Below are positions 47,756 to 59,296 of a DNA stretch of 64,000 nucleotides, in pieces (position 1 is the first letter of the stretch; each line of letters begins with the position of its first letter). This DNA comes from Nitrospiraceae bacterium. Lineage in GTDB: Bacteria > Nitrospirota > Nitrospiria > Nitrospirales > Nitrospiraceae. The stretch covers positions 204,711-268,710 of the forward strand of contig JBFWWG010000002.1 of assembly GCA_050246315.1 (NCBI GenBank), in the 5' to 3' direction. The notes under the pieces are model-generated. The model saw nothing but the letters and a program-made list of their open reading frames with translations. It was not told the DNA's origin and did no database searches. The translations under genes were made by a program, and so were the position numbers.

Positions 47756-47847
47756 GGTTGTCCCTTTCACCGAACGGAGGATGTTGCCGGCCGTCTCTAC
47801 AGAGTTCGCGCAGCGGAGCCGATTATAGGAAAAGCACGGACGAAAGA

Positions 47848-48006
47848 TCAAACCTCCGGATCTTGCGGCGGACCGGATTCCATCGCTCGACCTTCCGTGC
47901 CGGACCGAGTTCTTCGAGCAACCCGTACACGGATGTACAGCAACAACACGATGAAGATACCGATCGTGTACAGAAACAAATTTTCGTACTCGAACTCATA
48001 GGGCAT
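47848..48006 (-). CDS. Small single-TM hypothetical protein
   Basis: [32 protein letters not shown], a TM followed by basic residues. Confidence 0.45.
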   Translation of the reverse strand: MPYEFEYENLFLYTIGIFIVLLLYIRVRVARRTRSGTEGRAMESGPPQDPEV

Positions 48007-48142
48007 GGGATAGCTTATGACTGAGCACACGTCCGCATAGCAATCGATGAGTTCCCTTCACTGGAGAGGGGTTAGAGCCCGCAGGAGGGATGAAGCAGTG
48101 GCAGTTCCAAACCGACCAAAGCTGCTACATTTTTGCCGACAC

Positions 48143-48158
48143 TGGCACAAACTCTGCA
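48143..48158 (+). promoter_or_regulatory. Sigma54 (-24/-12) promoter
   Basis: TGGCAC-AAACT-CTGCA about 115 bp upstream of the HD-GYP regulator. Confidence 0.7.
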
Positions 48159-48272
48159 TCCATTTTTTGCGCTTTTCCGCCGAGCCAGGCAGGATCGCCC
48201 GGCGCATAGCGTGACTTCATGATGAGACGAGACCGTCACCATTCCCCAACTCCAAGGGTCTAATCAAACACA

Positions 48273-49415
48273 ATGGACGCCGCCACACTGCAGCGAAGCC
48301 TGGCCAACCGCACGATGCTGATCGTCGATGATGAGGAACCGATTCGAAAGCTGCTGTCCGCTCTGCTGGAACGGCACGGCTATAGCTGCATCACCGCAGC
48401 AGACTCACGAGATGCCCGAGCCAAGCTCAGCGAACAGGAGGTGGCCATCGTCCTGTGCGACGTCAATATGCCCGGCGAGTCTGGAATGGACCTGGTGCGG
48501 CACATTCTCCATAATGACGCCACCATCGCCGCCATCATGGTGACTGGCCTCGACAGTCCCGTCCTGGCCAATGCCGCGCTGGACATGGGGGCCTTCGGCT
48601 ATATCATCAAGCCGTTCGAAACCAACGAAGTCTTGATTAGCGTCTCCAATGCGCTCCGCCGCCGCAGGCTCGAAATCGAAAACCGCGCGCATTGCGAAAA
48701 CCTCGAACAAATGGTGCGGACCCGAACCGTGGCGCTCCAGCAGGCGTTGGAATGGCTGGAGCGGAGCGAGAAGGAACTGCGTTTCTCGCGAGAAGAAACC
48801 ATCCAACGACTGGCCATCGCCGCCGAGTTCCGAGACCACTCAACTGCCAAGCACATCCAACGCATGAGCCGCTATTGTGAATTGCTGGCGCGTCGATTCG
48901 GTGTACCGGACGAACAGTGCGACCTCATCCGCACGGCCAGCCCGATGCACGATATCGGTAAGATCGGCATCCCCGACCATATTCTCCTGAAGCCGGGCAA
49001 ATTCACCCCGGAGGAATTCAGTATCATCGCGCAACATGCGGAGATTGGCTACCGCATCCTCAGCGGTTCCGATGCGGAACTTTTAAAGGTCGCGGCCGTT
49101 ATTGCTTGGACCCATCATGAGCGGTTCGACGGCACGGGATATCCCCGGAAATTGCAAGGCACGGACATTCCCCTAGAAGGCCGCATCACCGCCATTGCGG
49201 ACTCGTTCGATGCGCTCACGACCCAGCGTGTCTACAAGCCGGCTTATGCCGTCAGCCACGTCGTGGATCTCATGCGACAGCAACGCGGCGCCCATTTTGA
49301 CCCGGGGCTGCTGGACGTCTTTCTTGATTCAATGGAGGACGTCCTCCGGATTCAGAAGGAATATCCGGACGCGCTCGGAGCGGCTGCGGTGACGTTCAAT
49401 GAGTCGCCCATTTGA
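48273..49415 (+). CDS. Response regulator with HD-GYP c-di-GMP phosphodiesterase domain
   Basis: IVDDE, CDVNMP, KPF receiver; HDIGKIG, HHERFDGTGYP. Confidence 0.92.
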   Translation: MDAATLQRSLANRTMLIVDDEEPIRKLLSALLERHGYSCITAADSRDARAKLSEQEVAIVLCDVNMPGESGMDLVRHILHNDATIAAIMVTGLDSPVLANAALDMGAFGYIIKPFETNEVLISVSNALRRRRLEIENRAHCENLEQMVRTRTVALQQALEWLERSEKELRFSREETIQRLAIAAEFRDHSTAKHIQRMSRYCELLARRFGVPDEQCDLIRTASPMHDIGKIGIPDHILLKPGKFTPEEFSIIAQHAEIGYRILSGSDAELLKVAAVIAWTHHERFDGTGYPRKLQGTDIPLEGRITAIADSFDALTTQRVYKPAYAVSHVVDLMRQQRGAHFDPGLLDVFLDSMEDVLRIQKEYPDALGAAAVTFNESPI

Positions 49416-49565
49416 CGGCACCATCCGCCATCCGATAGAGTTCGTCATCCCGTTCTGATCTTGCCGAGAAGACCGATGATGACCGCCGAAGCCACCTCAC
49501 CGCACTTGCCCAATCATGACCGATCCTCCCTGTCGACTTCTTAACCTCCTGAGCACGACGCACAA

Positions 49566-50072
49566 ATGCAATGTCCCCGCCATTGGCTGTCCTATGTGTG
49601 CGAGTCCGTGATCGAGGCCGGGGAACTGCCTTCCTGGGAAGCGGTACCCTATTTCTGCGACCGGCTCTTCAGTGAACACCCCAATCCGTCCATTCTCCAG
49701 GCCGAGAGGCCCTATGAGGCGTCGCAAACGCTCCTTCAGCGGCTCTATCGCCCGATCGTTGAAGCCGCTGCCCGAGAAGTCGAGATACCGTCCTCGGCCA
49801 TGCTCCATGTCTTCGTAGATGTGAGCCTCACCGGGAAGTCGGCCGTGCTGGTCGTCTATTTCCCGGGTCAAAATCGCCCTCATCACCTGTTGATGCTTGA
49901 TGCCGTCAGGACATGGGATCTGGTGTTCAAGAACACGATGGTGTTCAACGAGTGGGCCGAAGAGCGGGCCAAGTGGGTGGCGGAAGGATTGCGGTCGGCG
50001 GTCGCTTCATCCCAAACGGATCTCCTTGACCAGACCATTTCCTACCGGCTAGCGTCTCTCTCTGGCTCATAG
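49566..50072 (+). CDS. Hypothetical protein
   Basis: 168-aa ORF filling the gap with protein-like composition; overlaps the metH 3' end by about 30 bp. Confidence 0.5.
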   Translation: MQCPRHWLSYVCESVIEAGELPSWEAVPYFCDRLFSEHPNPSILQAERPYEASQTLLQRLYRPIVEAAAREVEIPSSAMLHVFVDVSLTGKSAVLVVYFPGQNRPHHLLMLDAVRTWDLVFKNTMVFNEWAEERAKWVAEGLRSAVASSQTDLLDQTISYRLASLSGS

Positions 50073-53000
50073 CCTAAATTCGGCGCGAGCCAACGTTCAA
50101 TTTCTGCGACCGTCATCCCCTTTCGACGCGCGTAGTCCTCCACTTGATCCCGTCCGATCTTGCCGACGCCGAAGTAGCGTGCCTCCGGATGGGCAAAGTA
50201 CCACCCGCTGACCGACGCGGCCGGATACATGGCCAACGACTCCGTTAGCGTGATCGAGGCATGCTTCTCTGCCTGGAGCAGGTCGAAGATCAACCGCTTC
50301 TCCGTATGGTCCGGGCTGGCTGGATAGCCGGGCGCCGGCCTGATGCCCCGATACCGTTCACGGATCAGTTCCTCGTTGCTCAGCCGTTCGTCCTCACCGT
50401 ATCCCCATTCGCGCCGGACCCGGAGGTGTAGATATTCCGCAAACGCCTCGGCCAGCCGATCGGCCAAGGCCTTGGCCATGATCGAATTGTAGTCGTCATG
50501 GTCGCGTTCGAACCGTTCGCAGAGCGCTTCGATGCCGATCCCGGCGGTCACGGCGAACGCGCCGACAAAATCCTGCCGACCGGCATCCTTGGGCGCCACG
50601 AAATCCGCTAGCGCCAAATGGGGCTGATCGGTCGGCTTTTCGGATTGCTGCCGCAGAGTATGGACGGTTGTGAGCACCCGGATGCGGGCTTCATCGGCAT
50701 AGACCTCGATGTCATCCCCCACGCTGTTGGCCGGAAACAGCCCGTAGACTCCCTTCGCGGTCAAGAGCTTGCGGGCGACAATGTCCTTCAGCAACCGTTG
50801 GGCGTCGTCGAACAATTCCTTAGCCTTGGGTCCCACCGTCGCGTCCTGAAAGATTGTCGGATAGCGGCCTCGCAGTTCCCACGTATGGAAGAAAGGCGTC
50901 CAATCGATATACTCGACCAACGCCTCCAGCGGCTGGTGTTCGATCACCCGGACCCCGCATCGTGCCGGAGACGGCACATCAAGGGCGGCCCAGTCGGTTA
51001 CGAACTTCCTGGCCCGCGCTTCTGCGAGAGGCGCCAGATGTTTCGGGCCTCGGTCCTGATGAGCCTGCCTGATCTGGTCCTGGTCGAGCCGAATCTGCTC
51101 GGTGAATCGCGCGCGATCGACGGGATTCATCAGTTGCCCCAATACCCCGACGGCCCGGGACGCATCCAGCACATGCACCACCGGTTCCCCATAGGCCGGC
51201 GCAATCTTCACGGCCGTGTGGGCCTTGCTGGTGGTGGCGCCGCCGATCAGCAGCGGAATCTTGAACCCTTCGCGATTCATCTCTCGGGCCACGTGCGCCA
51301 TTTCCTCGAGCGAGGGCGTGATGAGGCCGCTCAATCCAACCAGATCGACTCCCTCGGCCTTGGCCGTCGCCAGAATCTTCTCACAGGACACCATGACTCC
51401 CAGATCGATGACCGTATAGTTGTTGCAGCCGAGCACAACCCCCACAATGTTCTTGCCGATGTCGTGCACGTCGCCCTTGACCGTCGCCAGAAGGATGGTC
51501 CCCTGCGAACGTCCTCCCCCCGCCTGCTTTTCCGCCTCCATATAGGGAAGCAGATAGGCCACCGCCTTCTTCATGACCCTGGCGCTCTTCACCACTTGCG
51601 GCAGGAACATCTTGCCGGCTCCGAACAGATCGCCGACAATGTTCATCCCGTCCATCAACGGCCCCTCGATCACCCGAAGTGGTTTGCCGATCTTCAGGCG
51701 GGCTTCCTCGACATCCTGCTCAATGTAGTCCGTAATCCCTTTGACCAATGAGTGCGACAGCCGTTCCTCGACCGGTGCGTGGCGCCAGCTCTCGTCTTTT
51801 GCCGCCCCCTTCTCCTTCTGCTTAACCGTCTCGGCAAACGCGACCAATCGTTCGGTGGCGTCCGGACGGCGATCGAGCAGCACATCCTCCACGAGTTCCA
51901 GCAGATCTTTGGAAATTTCCTCATACACGGCCAACTGGCCGGCATTGACGATACCCATGTCCAGGCCGGCTTGGATCGCATGGTAGAGGAAGGCGGCGTG
52001 CATCGCCTCGCGGACGAGATTGTTGCCGCGGAACGAGAAGGAGATGTTGCTGATGCCGCCGCTCACCTTGCAGTGCGGAAGATGAGATTTGATCCAACGC
52101 GTGGCCTCGATGAAGTTGACGGCATAGTGGTTATGCTCTTCCATGCCGGTCGCCACAGTCAGAATATTCGGATCGAAAATGACGTCCTCGGGCGGCACAC
52201 CCTCCTGTTCGGTAAGAATCCGATAGGCCCGCTCGCAAATCGCGATCTTGCGTTCAAACGTGTCAGCCTGGCCGGTCTCGTCGAACGCCATCACCACCAT
52301 GGCGGCCCCGTACCGGCGGATCAGCCTGGCATGACGGCGGAAGACCTCTTCCCCTTCCTTGAGGCTGATCGAGTTGACGATGCCCTTTCCTTGGATGTTC
52401 TTGAGCCCGGCCTCGATCACATCCCATCGGGAACTGTCCACCATGATCGGGACCTTCGCGATCTCCGGTTCAGAGGCGATGAGGCGCAAAAATTTTTCCA
52501 TCGCGGCCTCGGAGTCGAGTAACCCTTCATCCATGTTCACATCGACGATCTGCGCACCCCCTTCGACCTGCTGGCGTGCGACGCTCAGCGCCTCTTCGTA
52601 GCGGTCGCCGAGGATCAACTGGGCAAACTTCGGGGAGCCTGTGACGTTCGTCCGCTCACCAATGTTCACGAAATTGGAATCGGGCCGGACCGTAACGGCC
52701 TCCAACCCGCTCAGGCGGAGATGCCGCTCGACGGCATGCGGCTTCCGCGGAGGCAGCCTCTTCACCCGTTCTGCGATGGCCCGGATGTGATCGGGCGTCG
52801 TCCCGCAGCAGCCGCCGACGATGTTCAGCCAGCCATTCAACGCCCACTCCTCCAGTTGCGGTGCGAGCGTGTCCGGCGTCTCTGGAAATCCCGTCGGTAG
52901 CAGCGGATTGGGCAGCCCCGCGTTGGGGTGCGAACTGATATAGATCGGCGCCAGCCTGGCGAGTTCCTCGATCAAGGGCCGCATCTCCTTTGGTCCCAGC

Positions 53001-53737
53001 GCGCAATTCATCCCAACGCTCAGCAGGGGCACGTGCGAGATGGAATTCCAAAATGCCTCGACGGTCTGGCCGGTCACGCCGCGATTACTACCGGCTTGAA
53101 TAAACGTCACCGAAGCCATGACCGGAAGACGCGCCCGGCGCTCCTCGAACAGTTGCTCGATGGCGAAGAAGGCGGCCTTGGCGTTCAGCGTGTCGAAAAT
53201 GGTTTCGACGAGCAGGAGATCGGTTCCCCCGTCCACTAATCCACGGACGTGGTCGTAATAGGCCTGCACCAACTCATCGAAGGTGGCTCCGCGGGCGCCG
53301 GGGTTGTTGACGTCTGTGGAGATGGACGAGGTTTTGGTCGTGGGACCGATCGCCCCGGCAACAAAACAGACACGGTCCGGTTGGGTATGAGTGACCGTGT
53401 CGACGGCTCGACGAGCGCATTCAGCCCCCGCTTTCGAAAGTTCGTAGGCGAAGGACTCGAGACCGTAATCCGCCAAAGAGATCGCTTGAGAATTAAAGGT
53501 GTTGGTTTCGATGATGTCGGCGCCGGCATCGAGATAGTGCCGGTGGATCTCCTCGACGACGGCGGGTCGGGTCACGTTCAGCAGATCGTTGTTGCCTTTG
53601 AGATCCTTCGGCCAATCTTGAAAACGTTCGCCCCGGAACGCGGCCTCGTCCAGCTTATACCGCTGGATCATCGTGCCCATGGCGCCATCAAGAATGAGAA
53701 TGCGCTCCCGCAATCGTTGTTCGATCTTCTGTGTCAT
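50042..53737 (-). CDS. metH: B12-dependent methionine synthase
   Basis: [54 protein letters not shown]. Confidence 0.96.
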   Translation of the reverse strand: MTQKIEQRLRERILILDGAMGTMIQRYKLDEAAFRGERFQDWPKDLKGNNDLLNVTRPAVVEEIHRHYLDAGADIIETNTFNSQAISLADYGLESFAYELSKAGAECARRAVDTVTHTQPDRVCFVAGAIGPTTKTSSISTDVNNPGARGATFDELVQAYYDHVRGLVDGGTDLLLVETIFDTLNAKAAFFAIEQLFEERRARLPVMASVTFIQAGSNRGVTGQTVEAFWNSISHVPLLSVGMNCALGPKEMRPLIEELARLAPIYISSHPNAGLPNPLLPTGFPETPDTLAPQLEEWALNGWLNIVGGCCGTTPDHIRAIAERVKRLPPRKPHAVERHLRLSGLEAVTVRPDSNFVNIGERTNVTGSPKFAQLILGDRYEEALSVARQQVEGGAQIVDVNMDEGLLDSEAAMEKFLRLIASEPEIAKVPIMVDSSRWDVIEAGLKNIQGKGIVNSISLKEGEEVFRRHARLIRRYGAAMVVMAFDETGQADTFERKIAICERAYRILTEQEGVPPEDVIFDPNILTVATGMEEHNHYAVNFIEATRWIKSHLPHCKVSGGISNISFSFRGNNLVREAMHAAFLYHAIQAGLDMGIVNAGQLAVYEEISKDLLELVEDVLLDRRPDATERLVAFAETVKQKEKGAAKDESWRHAPVEERLSHSLVKGITDYIEQDVEEARLKIGKPLRVIEGPLMDGMNIVGDLFGAGKMFLPQVVKSARVMKKAVAYLLPYMEAEKQAGGGRSQGTILLATVKGDVHDIGKNIVGVVLGCNNYTVIDLGVMVSCEKILATAKAEGVDLVGLSGLITPSLEEMAHVAREMNREGFKIPLLIGGATTSKAHTAVKIAPAYGEPVVHVLDASRAVGVLGQLMNPVDRARFTEQIRLDQDQIRQAHQDRGPKHLAPLAEARARKFVTDWAALDVPSPARCGVRVIEHQPLEALVEYIDWTPFFHTWELRGRYPTIFQDATVGPKAKELFDDAQRLLKDIVARKLLTAKGVYGLFPANSVGDDIEVYADEARIRVLTTVHTLRQQSEKPTDQPHLALADFVAPKDAGRQDFVGAFAVTAGIGIEALCERFERDHDDYNSIMAKALADRLAEAFAEYLHLRVRREWGYGEDERLSNEELIRERYRGIRPAPGYPASPDHTEKRLIFDLLQAEKHASITLTESLAMYPAASVSGWYFAHPEARYFGVGKIGRDQVEDYARRKGMTVAEIERWLAPNLGYEPERDASR

Positions 53738-53918
53738 GTCTCTTTGTTGAACTCCCTGCTCATCGCGTGAACCGACGTAATTGCTCATCCTCAGGTGCAA
53801 GGCTCCGAGGCCGATCTTATCGAGAAGCCCTCACCCCTTCAACAATTGCGCGATTGTGCGGAGCGTTGCTTGACTTCAGGACGCCCCCTTCGTAGGATGA
53901 AAAAACCGGAGCCTGATC

Positions 53919-54698
53919 GTGGTCGCAACGCCCCGCCTGTCCATTGGCAGTCTTGTGTTCGTATGTCTGTTGCTGTGTCTGCTCCCCGCTTCCGCATCGT
54001 CCGCCCCATACTTTGAAGACGGATATCTCGGACTCACCCAAACCGAATTGCACGAGAAACTTGGCATGCCGCAGGCGGCCCGCGACCGCAAAGCGGCTCT
54101 CCGAGTGTTCAAATACTATTCCTATGCAGACTGGCAGAAATACTTCAAAAAACTGATCTCGCCGCAAAACGGCGAGGATGTGTATACCTTCAAACGGGAC
54201 GGCATCGAGGTTCGGTATTCGTTCGGCTTCGTCATCAACCCGAATGACCATTCAGACGAGCCGACCCTCTACGTGAATCTCGTGGACGTGGAATTTTCCC
54301 CGCCGGTCCCGATTTCCCAGGTCCCTGCGCTCGTCCCGGAGTTTCGCCCTCCCTCCGAACCAGATGCTCCGGCGTTCCGTTCCAATATCTGGTTGCTGGT
54401 CTTCAAGGGCAATCCGTCTTCGGACGCTCGCTTCGTTGTGCGCGATCCAACGAAAGATCGATGGGACTGGAGCCTGGCGTTCCAACTCTTTTCGCTTCAG
54501 GGGCTTCCCCAGCCCTTGACCTTGACCGCCAAAGTCGATCGGATGGAGATCGCCGCGCAAAGCCTCCAACTGACCCAGAAGCGACTCAAGAACACGCATG
54601 AGCCCATCTTGAATCCCTACTCCCAGGAGTTCGCGAATCTCCCGCCGCCGGCCCCACCGGCTCCCAAGAAAATTCCCATGCCTCAGTATGCGGAATAA
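53919..54698 (+). CDS. Hypothetical exported protein
   Basis: Signal peptide ending ASSA; 259-aa ORF. Confidence 0.7.
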   Translation: MVATPRLSIGSLVFVCLLLCLLPASASSAPYFEDGYLGLTQTELHEKLGMPQAARDRKAALRVFKYYSYADWQKYFKKLISPQNGEDVYTFKRDGIEVRYSFGFVINPNDHSDEPTLYVNLVDVEFSPPVPISQVPALVPEFRPPSEPDAPAFRSNIWLLVFKGNPSSDARFVVRDPTKDRWDWSLAFQLFSLQGLPQPLTLTAKVDRMEIAAQSLQLTQKRLKNTHEPILNPYSQEFANLPPPAPPAPKKIPMPQYAE

Positions 54699-54788
54699 CT
54701 GCTGTCGGTGCTCGACCACTGCGAGAGGCTGAAGAACTCGATACGGTCGCCTTGACCGGCCGCAATCGGCTTCGTTACGATACGCTGC

Positions 54789-55235
54789 ATGGACGCTCCT
54801 GCTCAAGCGACGAAGACCGATCTGTTATCGGACCTCGGTGAGGACCACGCCATCCACAGCCTGCCGGCCTCAAGCGAGCCGGTTGCGGTCGCTGACGCAG
54901 CCTCCAAACCGTTCCTGTGCCGGCCGCTTGTGCGCAAAGCCATCTATGTCGGTTTCGCTTTGATGTTTCTCGCGATGCTGGCCTGGCGATTCTACCCCGT
55001 GCTGACCGATCCCACCTTCGAAAAACACGTGGCGGAGAAACGCGTCGCCGTGGGTATGACCAGGGAACAGGTGATGCAGTCCTGGGGCTCGCCCTACACC
55101 ATGCGGGTCAGCTTCACGGATGACGGGTTGCGCCGCGAAGAATGGGTGTATGAGGACTGGATCGACAGCGCCACGGTCAAACACCGGTACCTGTATTTTG
55201 AAGAGGGCGTGTTGGTCGGAGGATGGTATCACTGA
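54789..55235 (+). CDS. Membrane-anchored SmpA/BamE-like domain protein
   Basis: TM followed by VAVGMTREQVMQSWGSP...EEWVY...LYFEEG. Confidence 0.65.
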   Translation: MDAPAQATKTDLLSDLGEDHAIHSLPASSEPVAVADAASKPFLCRPLVRKAIYVGFALMFLAMLAWRFYPVLTDPTFEKHVAEKRVAVGMTREQVMQSWGSPYTMRVSFTDDGLRREEWVYEDWIDSATVKHRYLYFEEGVLVGGWYH

Positions 55236-55242
55236 GCAGAAT

Positions 55243-55476
55243 TCACGATGCAGCGGGTGGGCCTGCCTCGTCTCGTAACCCCCGCACCAAGATCTCTGCA
55301 CGGGCGTAATCATCCTCCAAGACCATAATGACCCGCTGGTTGAAAGGGAGCGGGAATCCGGGATACAGGCTTCCGAACCAGTCATTCTTGACGTAATAGA
55401 GAATGTCGTTGGCGTCTAACAGACTCCGCATGACCGCCAACTGCCCTTCGTCCTGCGGTTCAATCAAAGCCACCAT
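55243..55476 (-). CDS. DUF2007-like protein
   Basis: RSLLDANDI...V.V.EDDYARA pattern; AAGGAGG RBS. Confidence 0.65.
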   Translation of the reverse strand: MVALIEPQDEGQLAVMRSLLDANDILYYVKNDWFGSLYPGFPLPFNQRVIMVLEDDYARAEILVRGLRDEAGPPAAS

Positions 55477-55572
55477 CGCGGTCCCCTCCTTGAGCCACCC
55501 GCCGCGAATCCGGACAATCGTTTGCAAATTCTCAGGACCGCCCGTACACTGCCGAAGAACGCAGCAGACGGT

Positions 55573-55857
55573 TCAGGGCGTCTCGGTGATCTGTACGCGA
55601 CGCGTTCGTCCCGCCCCTCCGGAAATCGTGAGCACGCGTTTCCATTCGCGCACTTGATAGACGGCCCAGGCGTTTGGATTTCCTCGATAAAACGCGTCGG
55701 CATCTTCTCCGCTGGCATTGAGAAAGATTGGCTCGGTAAAGCCTTCTTCGAGCACGTAGTCGAGTAGACAATCCGACGTGAATCCTGCACCCTTGAGTAC
55801 AATATCGGCAAGAAACGTCATGATCTCCTCGGTCTTTTGCAGCGTGACGGGGTTCAT
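55573..55857 (-). CDS. Hypothetical protein
   Basis: 94-aa ORF from MNPVTLQKTEEIM; GAGG RBS. Confidence 0.6.
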   Translation of the reverse strand: MNPVTLQKTEEIMTFLADIVLKGAGFTSDCLLDYVLEEGFTEPIFLNASGEDADAFYRGNPNAWAVYQVREWKRVLTISGGAGRTRRVQITETP

Positions 55858-55917
55858 CGGCGTCAGATCCCTCTTGCCTGTTCTCCTGAGACTGGACGAT
55901 TCTAGGAGGCGCCTCCC

Positions 55918-56709
55918 GTGAAAGCAAGGCAATCCCGAACGACGAATCCAACAACGGCGCGTGCGCCGCTCACCCGTCAAGCCTTCCTGGAGGCCTGTCT
56001 CGCATTCATGGATCGCAAACACCACTGGGCTTGGCCCATCCTCATGGGACCAGGCATCTCAAAAGACCAACTGCGGATACACTACCAGCAGGAATATCTC
56101 GTCTACGTCAGAGACTTTCCCGTTCTCCTCGCACGAGTCCATGGTCAGAACCCGCCTCCGGACGTTCGCCGAATGCTGGCGGCCAACATCTATGAAGAGG
56201 ACACGGGCGGCCTGTCGTTCGGACGATCCCATCCCGAACTGTTCCAGGAGATGATGGAGGGACTAGGGTACGATGTTGACGATTTTCGGCGAGCCAGGCT
56301 CTTGCCGGCCGCCTCTATCTATCGTGCGTGGCTTGAGAGGGTCTCGGTCTATCGAGACTGGGTCGTCGGCGCGGCGGCGCTCGCCGTTTTCGTGGAAGGC
56401 AGCGTCAAGGACCGCCGGGAGATCGCCGAGCCCTCCAAACCGAAATCCCCGGACGAAATCGAATCCTATATCGCGCAGCATCCTCTCGTGCGGCATCATC
56501 GCATCGCCCGCACGCAGATGGATTTGATCCGCGCTCATCAGCAGGTCGAAGCCGGGCATCGTCAGGATGCCTATGCCATGGTGCTGACCCACGCCACGAC
56601 GGCACGACAACAACGGGCTGTGCTGACCTGTCTCTCCAAAGCCCTCGCGCTCTGGGTCAAGTACCGGGACGAAGTGGCCAAAGCGTGCCGCCTTCGTAAG
56701 CCATCGTGA
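55918..56709 (+). CDS. Heme-oxygenase-like diiron enzyme (PqqC/TenA/CADD family)
   Basis: YVRDFP, NIYEEDTG...SHPELF, VEGS, HQQVEAGH. Confidence 0.75.
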   Translation: MKARQSRTTNPTTARAPLTRQAFLEACLAFMDRKHHWAWPILMGPGISKDQLRIHYQQEYLVYVRDFPVLLARVHGQNPPPDVRRMLAANIYEEDTGGLSFGRSHPELFQEMMEGLGYDVDDFRRARLLPAASIYRAWLERVSVYRDWVVGAAALAVFVEGSVKDRREIAEPSKPKSPDEIESYIAQHPLVRHHRIARTQMDLIRAHQQVEAGHRQDAYAMVLTHATTARQQRAVLTCLSKALALWVKYRDEVAKACRLRKPS

Positions 56710-57602
56710 TCGTCCGCCTTCTTCTGATGCTGATCGTGGCCTGTTCGGCATGGTGGCCTCAGCAACCACTTTACGCCCATGAACCTCAACCTCCCTCCCA
56801 GGATCTCGTCCTCATCCCGGCCGGAGAATTCCTCATGGGTAGCCCACTCGGCAGCGACTCGTTCCCCGACGAGGCGCCTCAACGGCTGGTCTTTCTGAGC
56901 GCTTTCCTGATCGATCGCTTTGAGGTCACACAGGAGAACTATCGGCGATTTGTACAAGCGACCGGACATCGCGTTCCGGAAAACCCGAAGCCGGCCTCGA
57001 CCTTATGGGAGGACGGCAGACCCTTAGCGGAAATCGGCGACCACCCGGTCGTCAACGTCAGTTGGGACGACGCCCTCGCCTATTGCCGCTGGTTGGGGAA
57101 GCGGCTGCCGACGGAAGCCGAATGGGAGAAGGCCGCCCGTGGGACCGACGGACGCCGCTTCCCTTGGGGAGATGAGTGGGACTACGCCAAGGCCAACAGC
57201 GCCAGCTACTGGGCCGGCCGTACAGTCGACTTTCAAAGCGGCGCAGACTGGGAGGCCTTCTGGATCTCAGGAGAGGGGGCGAAACTGTCCAAAGAAAAGG
57301 GCATCAAGGGTGAGGTCCTCACGCTTCCGGTCGGCAGCTTTCCAGATGGAGTAAGCCCCTACGGCCTCTTCGATATGGCGGGCAATGCCGCGGAATGGGT
57401 GCAGGACTGGCACGACCCCAACTACTACCGATCAGCGCCCTTGGTCGATCCGCCCGGGTCCACGCGCGGCGCGGTCAAGGGCATGAGAGGAGGCTCTTGG
57501 CTCAAACCCTTCATGAGCTTGCGAACCGCCGATCGCGATTGGGGCGTGATGGACAGCCGGCCCAGCGGCACCGGATTCCGCTGCGCCAAGGATGCCTACT
57601 GA
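56706..57602 (+). CDS. Exported FGE-sulfatase domain protein (SUMF1/EgtB/PvdO family)
   Basis: IPAGEFLMGS, HPVVNVSWDDA, RLPTEAEWEKAARG, DMAGNAAEW, RGGSW, GFRC. Confidence 0.9.
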   Translation: MIVRLLLMLIVACSAWWPQQPLYAHEPQPPSQDLVLIPAGEFLMGSPLGSDSFPDEAPQRLVFLSAFLIDRFEVTQENYRRFVQATGHRVPENPKPASTLWEDGRPLAEIGDHPVVNVSWDDALAYCRWLGKRLPTEAEWEKAARGTDGRRFPWGDEWDYAKANSASYWAGRTVDFQSGADWEAFWISGEGAKLSKEKGIKGEVLTLPVGSFPDGVSPYGLFDMAGNAAEWVQDWHDPNYYRSAPLVDPPGSTRGAVKGMRGGSWLKPFMSLRTADRDWGVMDSRPSGTGFRCAKDAY

Positions 57603-57734
57603 ATCGCTCTCTGGTGAGGCTTCCATCCCCGCCGGGACTACCAACTCCCACCGACACAACACAGGATCGCACAATTTACTAGGGCCGCGGCCCTTCGAAT
57701 GATAGGCTCCACCCAGCGCGCATCCCATTCGATC

Positions 57735-58514
57735 ATGGAGCCGATGATGTTCGCGGAGCTCATGTTTCCCGATGTTCTTCCCTACCTGTTTGCAATTCTT
57801 GCCCTACTGATTGTCTGGCAATACCATCAAGTTCAGGTCATAAACGGTCGCATCCTCGCCATCGATATTTTCGATCGTTCGGGCGTACGTTTTTATCTCT
57901 ATGTCACTCCGGGTGAGGACGCGCTGTGTCCTCACTGCGCCGCCTCGAACGGCACCGTCTACCTCCCGTCTCAGGTGGCTCGAAAGGACTTTTGTCCGTC
58001 CGGCGGTCCCTGCCTCAAGACAACTCCCTGTCCGGGAGTGCTGGTGGGGTTATACGGCAGTTGGCTGGAGGCCCGAGGGGTCCTGGAACGGGTCAGACAA
58101 AAGACGGCCTCGGTCTCGCTACGCCTCTCACAGCAGGAATTACGCGGCCTGGTGAACGGACAGTGGGAACGAAGCATCAGCGCCGAAACCGACCGACTCG
58201 CGATTCAACTGTTGGAGGCCATGTCGTACGAAACCGTCAATTCGGAGCTGGCGATCGCCGCCTATCGCTTTACGGTCGAGCAAGCCAAAGAGATTCGTCA
58301 TCTGATGTTGTTGGTTCCGGCTTACCTCCGCCTGATTCACCTCTTAATCCAGACTGGACGACGAGAGGAAGCGTGGCACGCGATCGAACGGTTCGAGACG
58401 AGGTTTCCCGTCAACAAACGCGGCCGCCACTTCCCCTCCTCCGAACAGCGAGACGCGGTCCGTTTACACAAATCCCGTCTGGTCGACAGCCGGGCTCTGC
58501 CGTTGTCAGCCTGA
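57735..58514 (+). CDS. Hypothetical membrane-anchored protein with Cys cluster
   Basis: N-terminal TM, CPHC...C...C...C, helical C-terminus; start uncertain. Confidence 0.7.
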   Translation: MEPMMFAELMFPDVLPYLFAILALLIVWQYHQVQVINGRILAIDIFDRSGVRFYLYVTPGEDALCPHCAASNGTVYLPSQVARKDFCPSGGPCLKTTPCPGVLVGLYGSWLEARGVLERVRQKTASVSLRLSQQELRGLVNGQWERSISAETDRLAIQLLEAMSYETVNSELAIAAYRFTVEQAKEIRHLMLLVPAYLRLIHLLIQTGRREEAWHAIERFETRFPVNKRGRHFPSSEQRDAVRLHKSRLVDSRALPLSA

Positions 58515-58593
58515 CAGGCGCCATCCTCGTCTTCACCGGGAAGTTGGACCAGGTCCCGGAGCCGACCGATTCTCTGACAGATCTCGCACTGCC

Positions 58594-59283
58594 CTACCTT
58601 CTGAACTGCGGGGGAATTTGGTCCGGCGGAGGTGGTGGAGGAGGCGGCGCAATCGGACGTGTCCCGAAGAACGGAGGATAGGGTCCCCAAAACGGACTGT
58701 AGTACGGCCAATGGCCATAGGGAGAGCCCCAGTACCAGGGCGTCCAATAGTAAGGCGGATAGCCCCCGCCGTAGGCAGTCTGCAAAGTCTGGTTGGACAG
58801 TTCCTCGCTCCAATCAGTGAGGTGTTTGATCTCGATGACCGGATACTGGTATTCGGTCTCATCGAGACGGCGCACCGTCGAACCGGAGACCTCGCCGACG
58901 ATGGTCACCGGCGTCCCAGGTTCGAGCGTCGCCGGATCGAGAAATTCCTTCCTCACCGCCAGAAACCGGCCTTGCGACCGCATCCGTTGCTTCGTTTCCA
59001 ACGTCCCGTCCGAGGTAGGAAGCTGCAAGACTTCCACTTCAGTCTGCTCCTTCGTTAACTTCGATTTGATCACGATCCCGCCGAGCGCCACGACGCGGCC
59101 GACATACTCGGACGGAGCAGCCCGCAGAGCTGGAAACGCAATCGTCGAGTCGATCTGCTGCTCTAAGTCAGGAGGAATGCCGATGAGGGCGGCATCCTTG
59201 CGCACCTGGTGTTCCGATTCGGCGCAACCGCCGAGCCACAGTCCTGCCAGCAGGCAAGCCGTCGTCAGGTACAACCGGTTCAT
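58594..59283 (-). CDS. Slp-family outer membrane lipoprotein
   Basis: LGGC lipobox, LGGIV, GRFLA...FLDP, YQYPVI, Tyr/Pro tail. Confidence 0.85.
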   Translation of the reverse strand: MNRLYLTTACLLAGLWLGGCAESEHQVRKDAALIGIPPDLEQQIDSTIAFPALRAAPSEYVGRVVALGGIVIKSKLTKEQTEVEVLQLPTSDGTLETKQRMRSQGRFLAVRKEFLDPATLEPGTPVTIVGEVSGSTVRRLDETEYQYPVIEIKHLTDWSEELSNQTLQTAYGGGYPPYYWTPWYWGSPYGHWPYYSPFWGPYPPFFGTRPIAPPPPPPPPDQIPPQFRR

Positions 59284-59296
59284 GCTCGCGCCTCGG

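Noticed and set aside
53855..53920. GAGCGTTGC word resembling an SAH riboswitch near metH
   Set aside because: Wrong strand for metH, and the other conserved elements are missing
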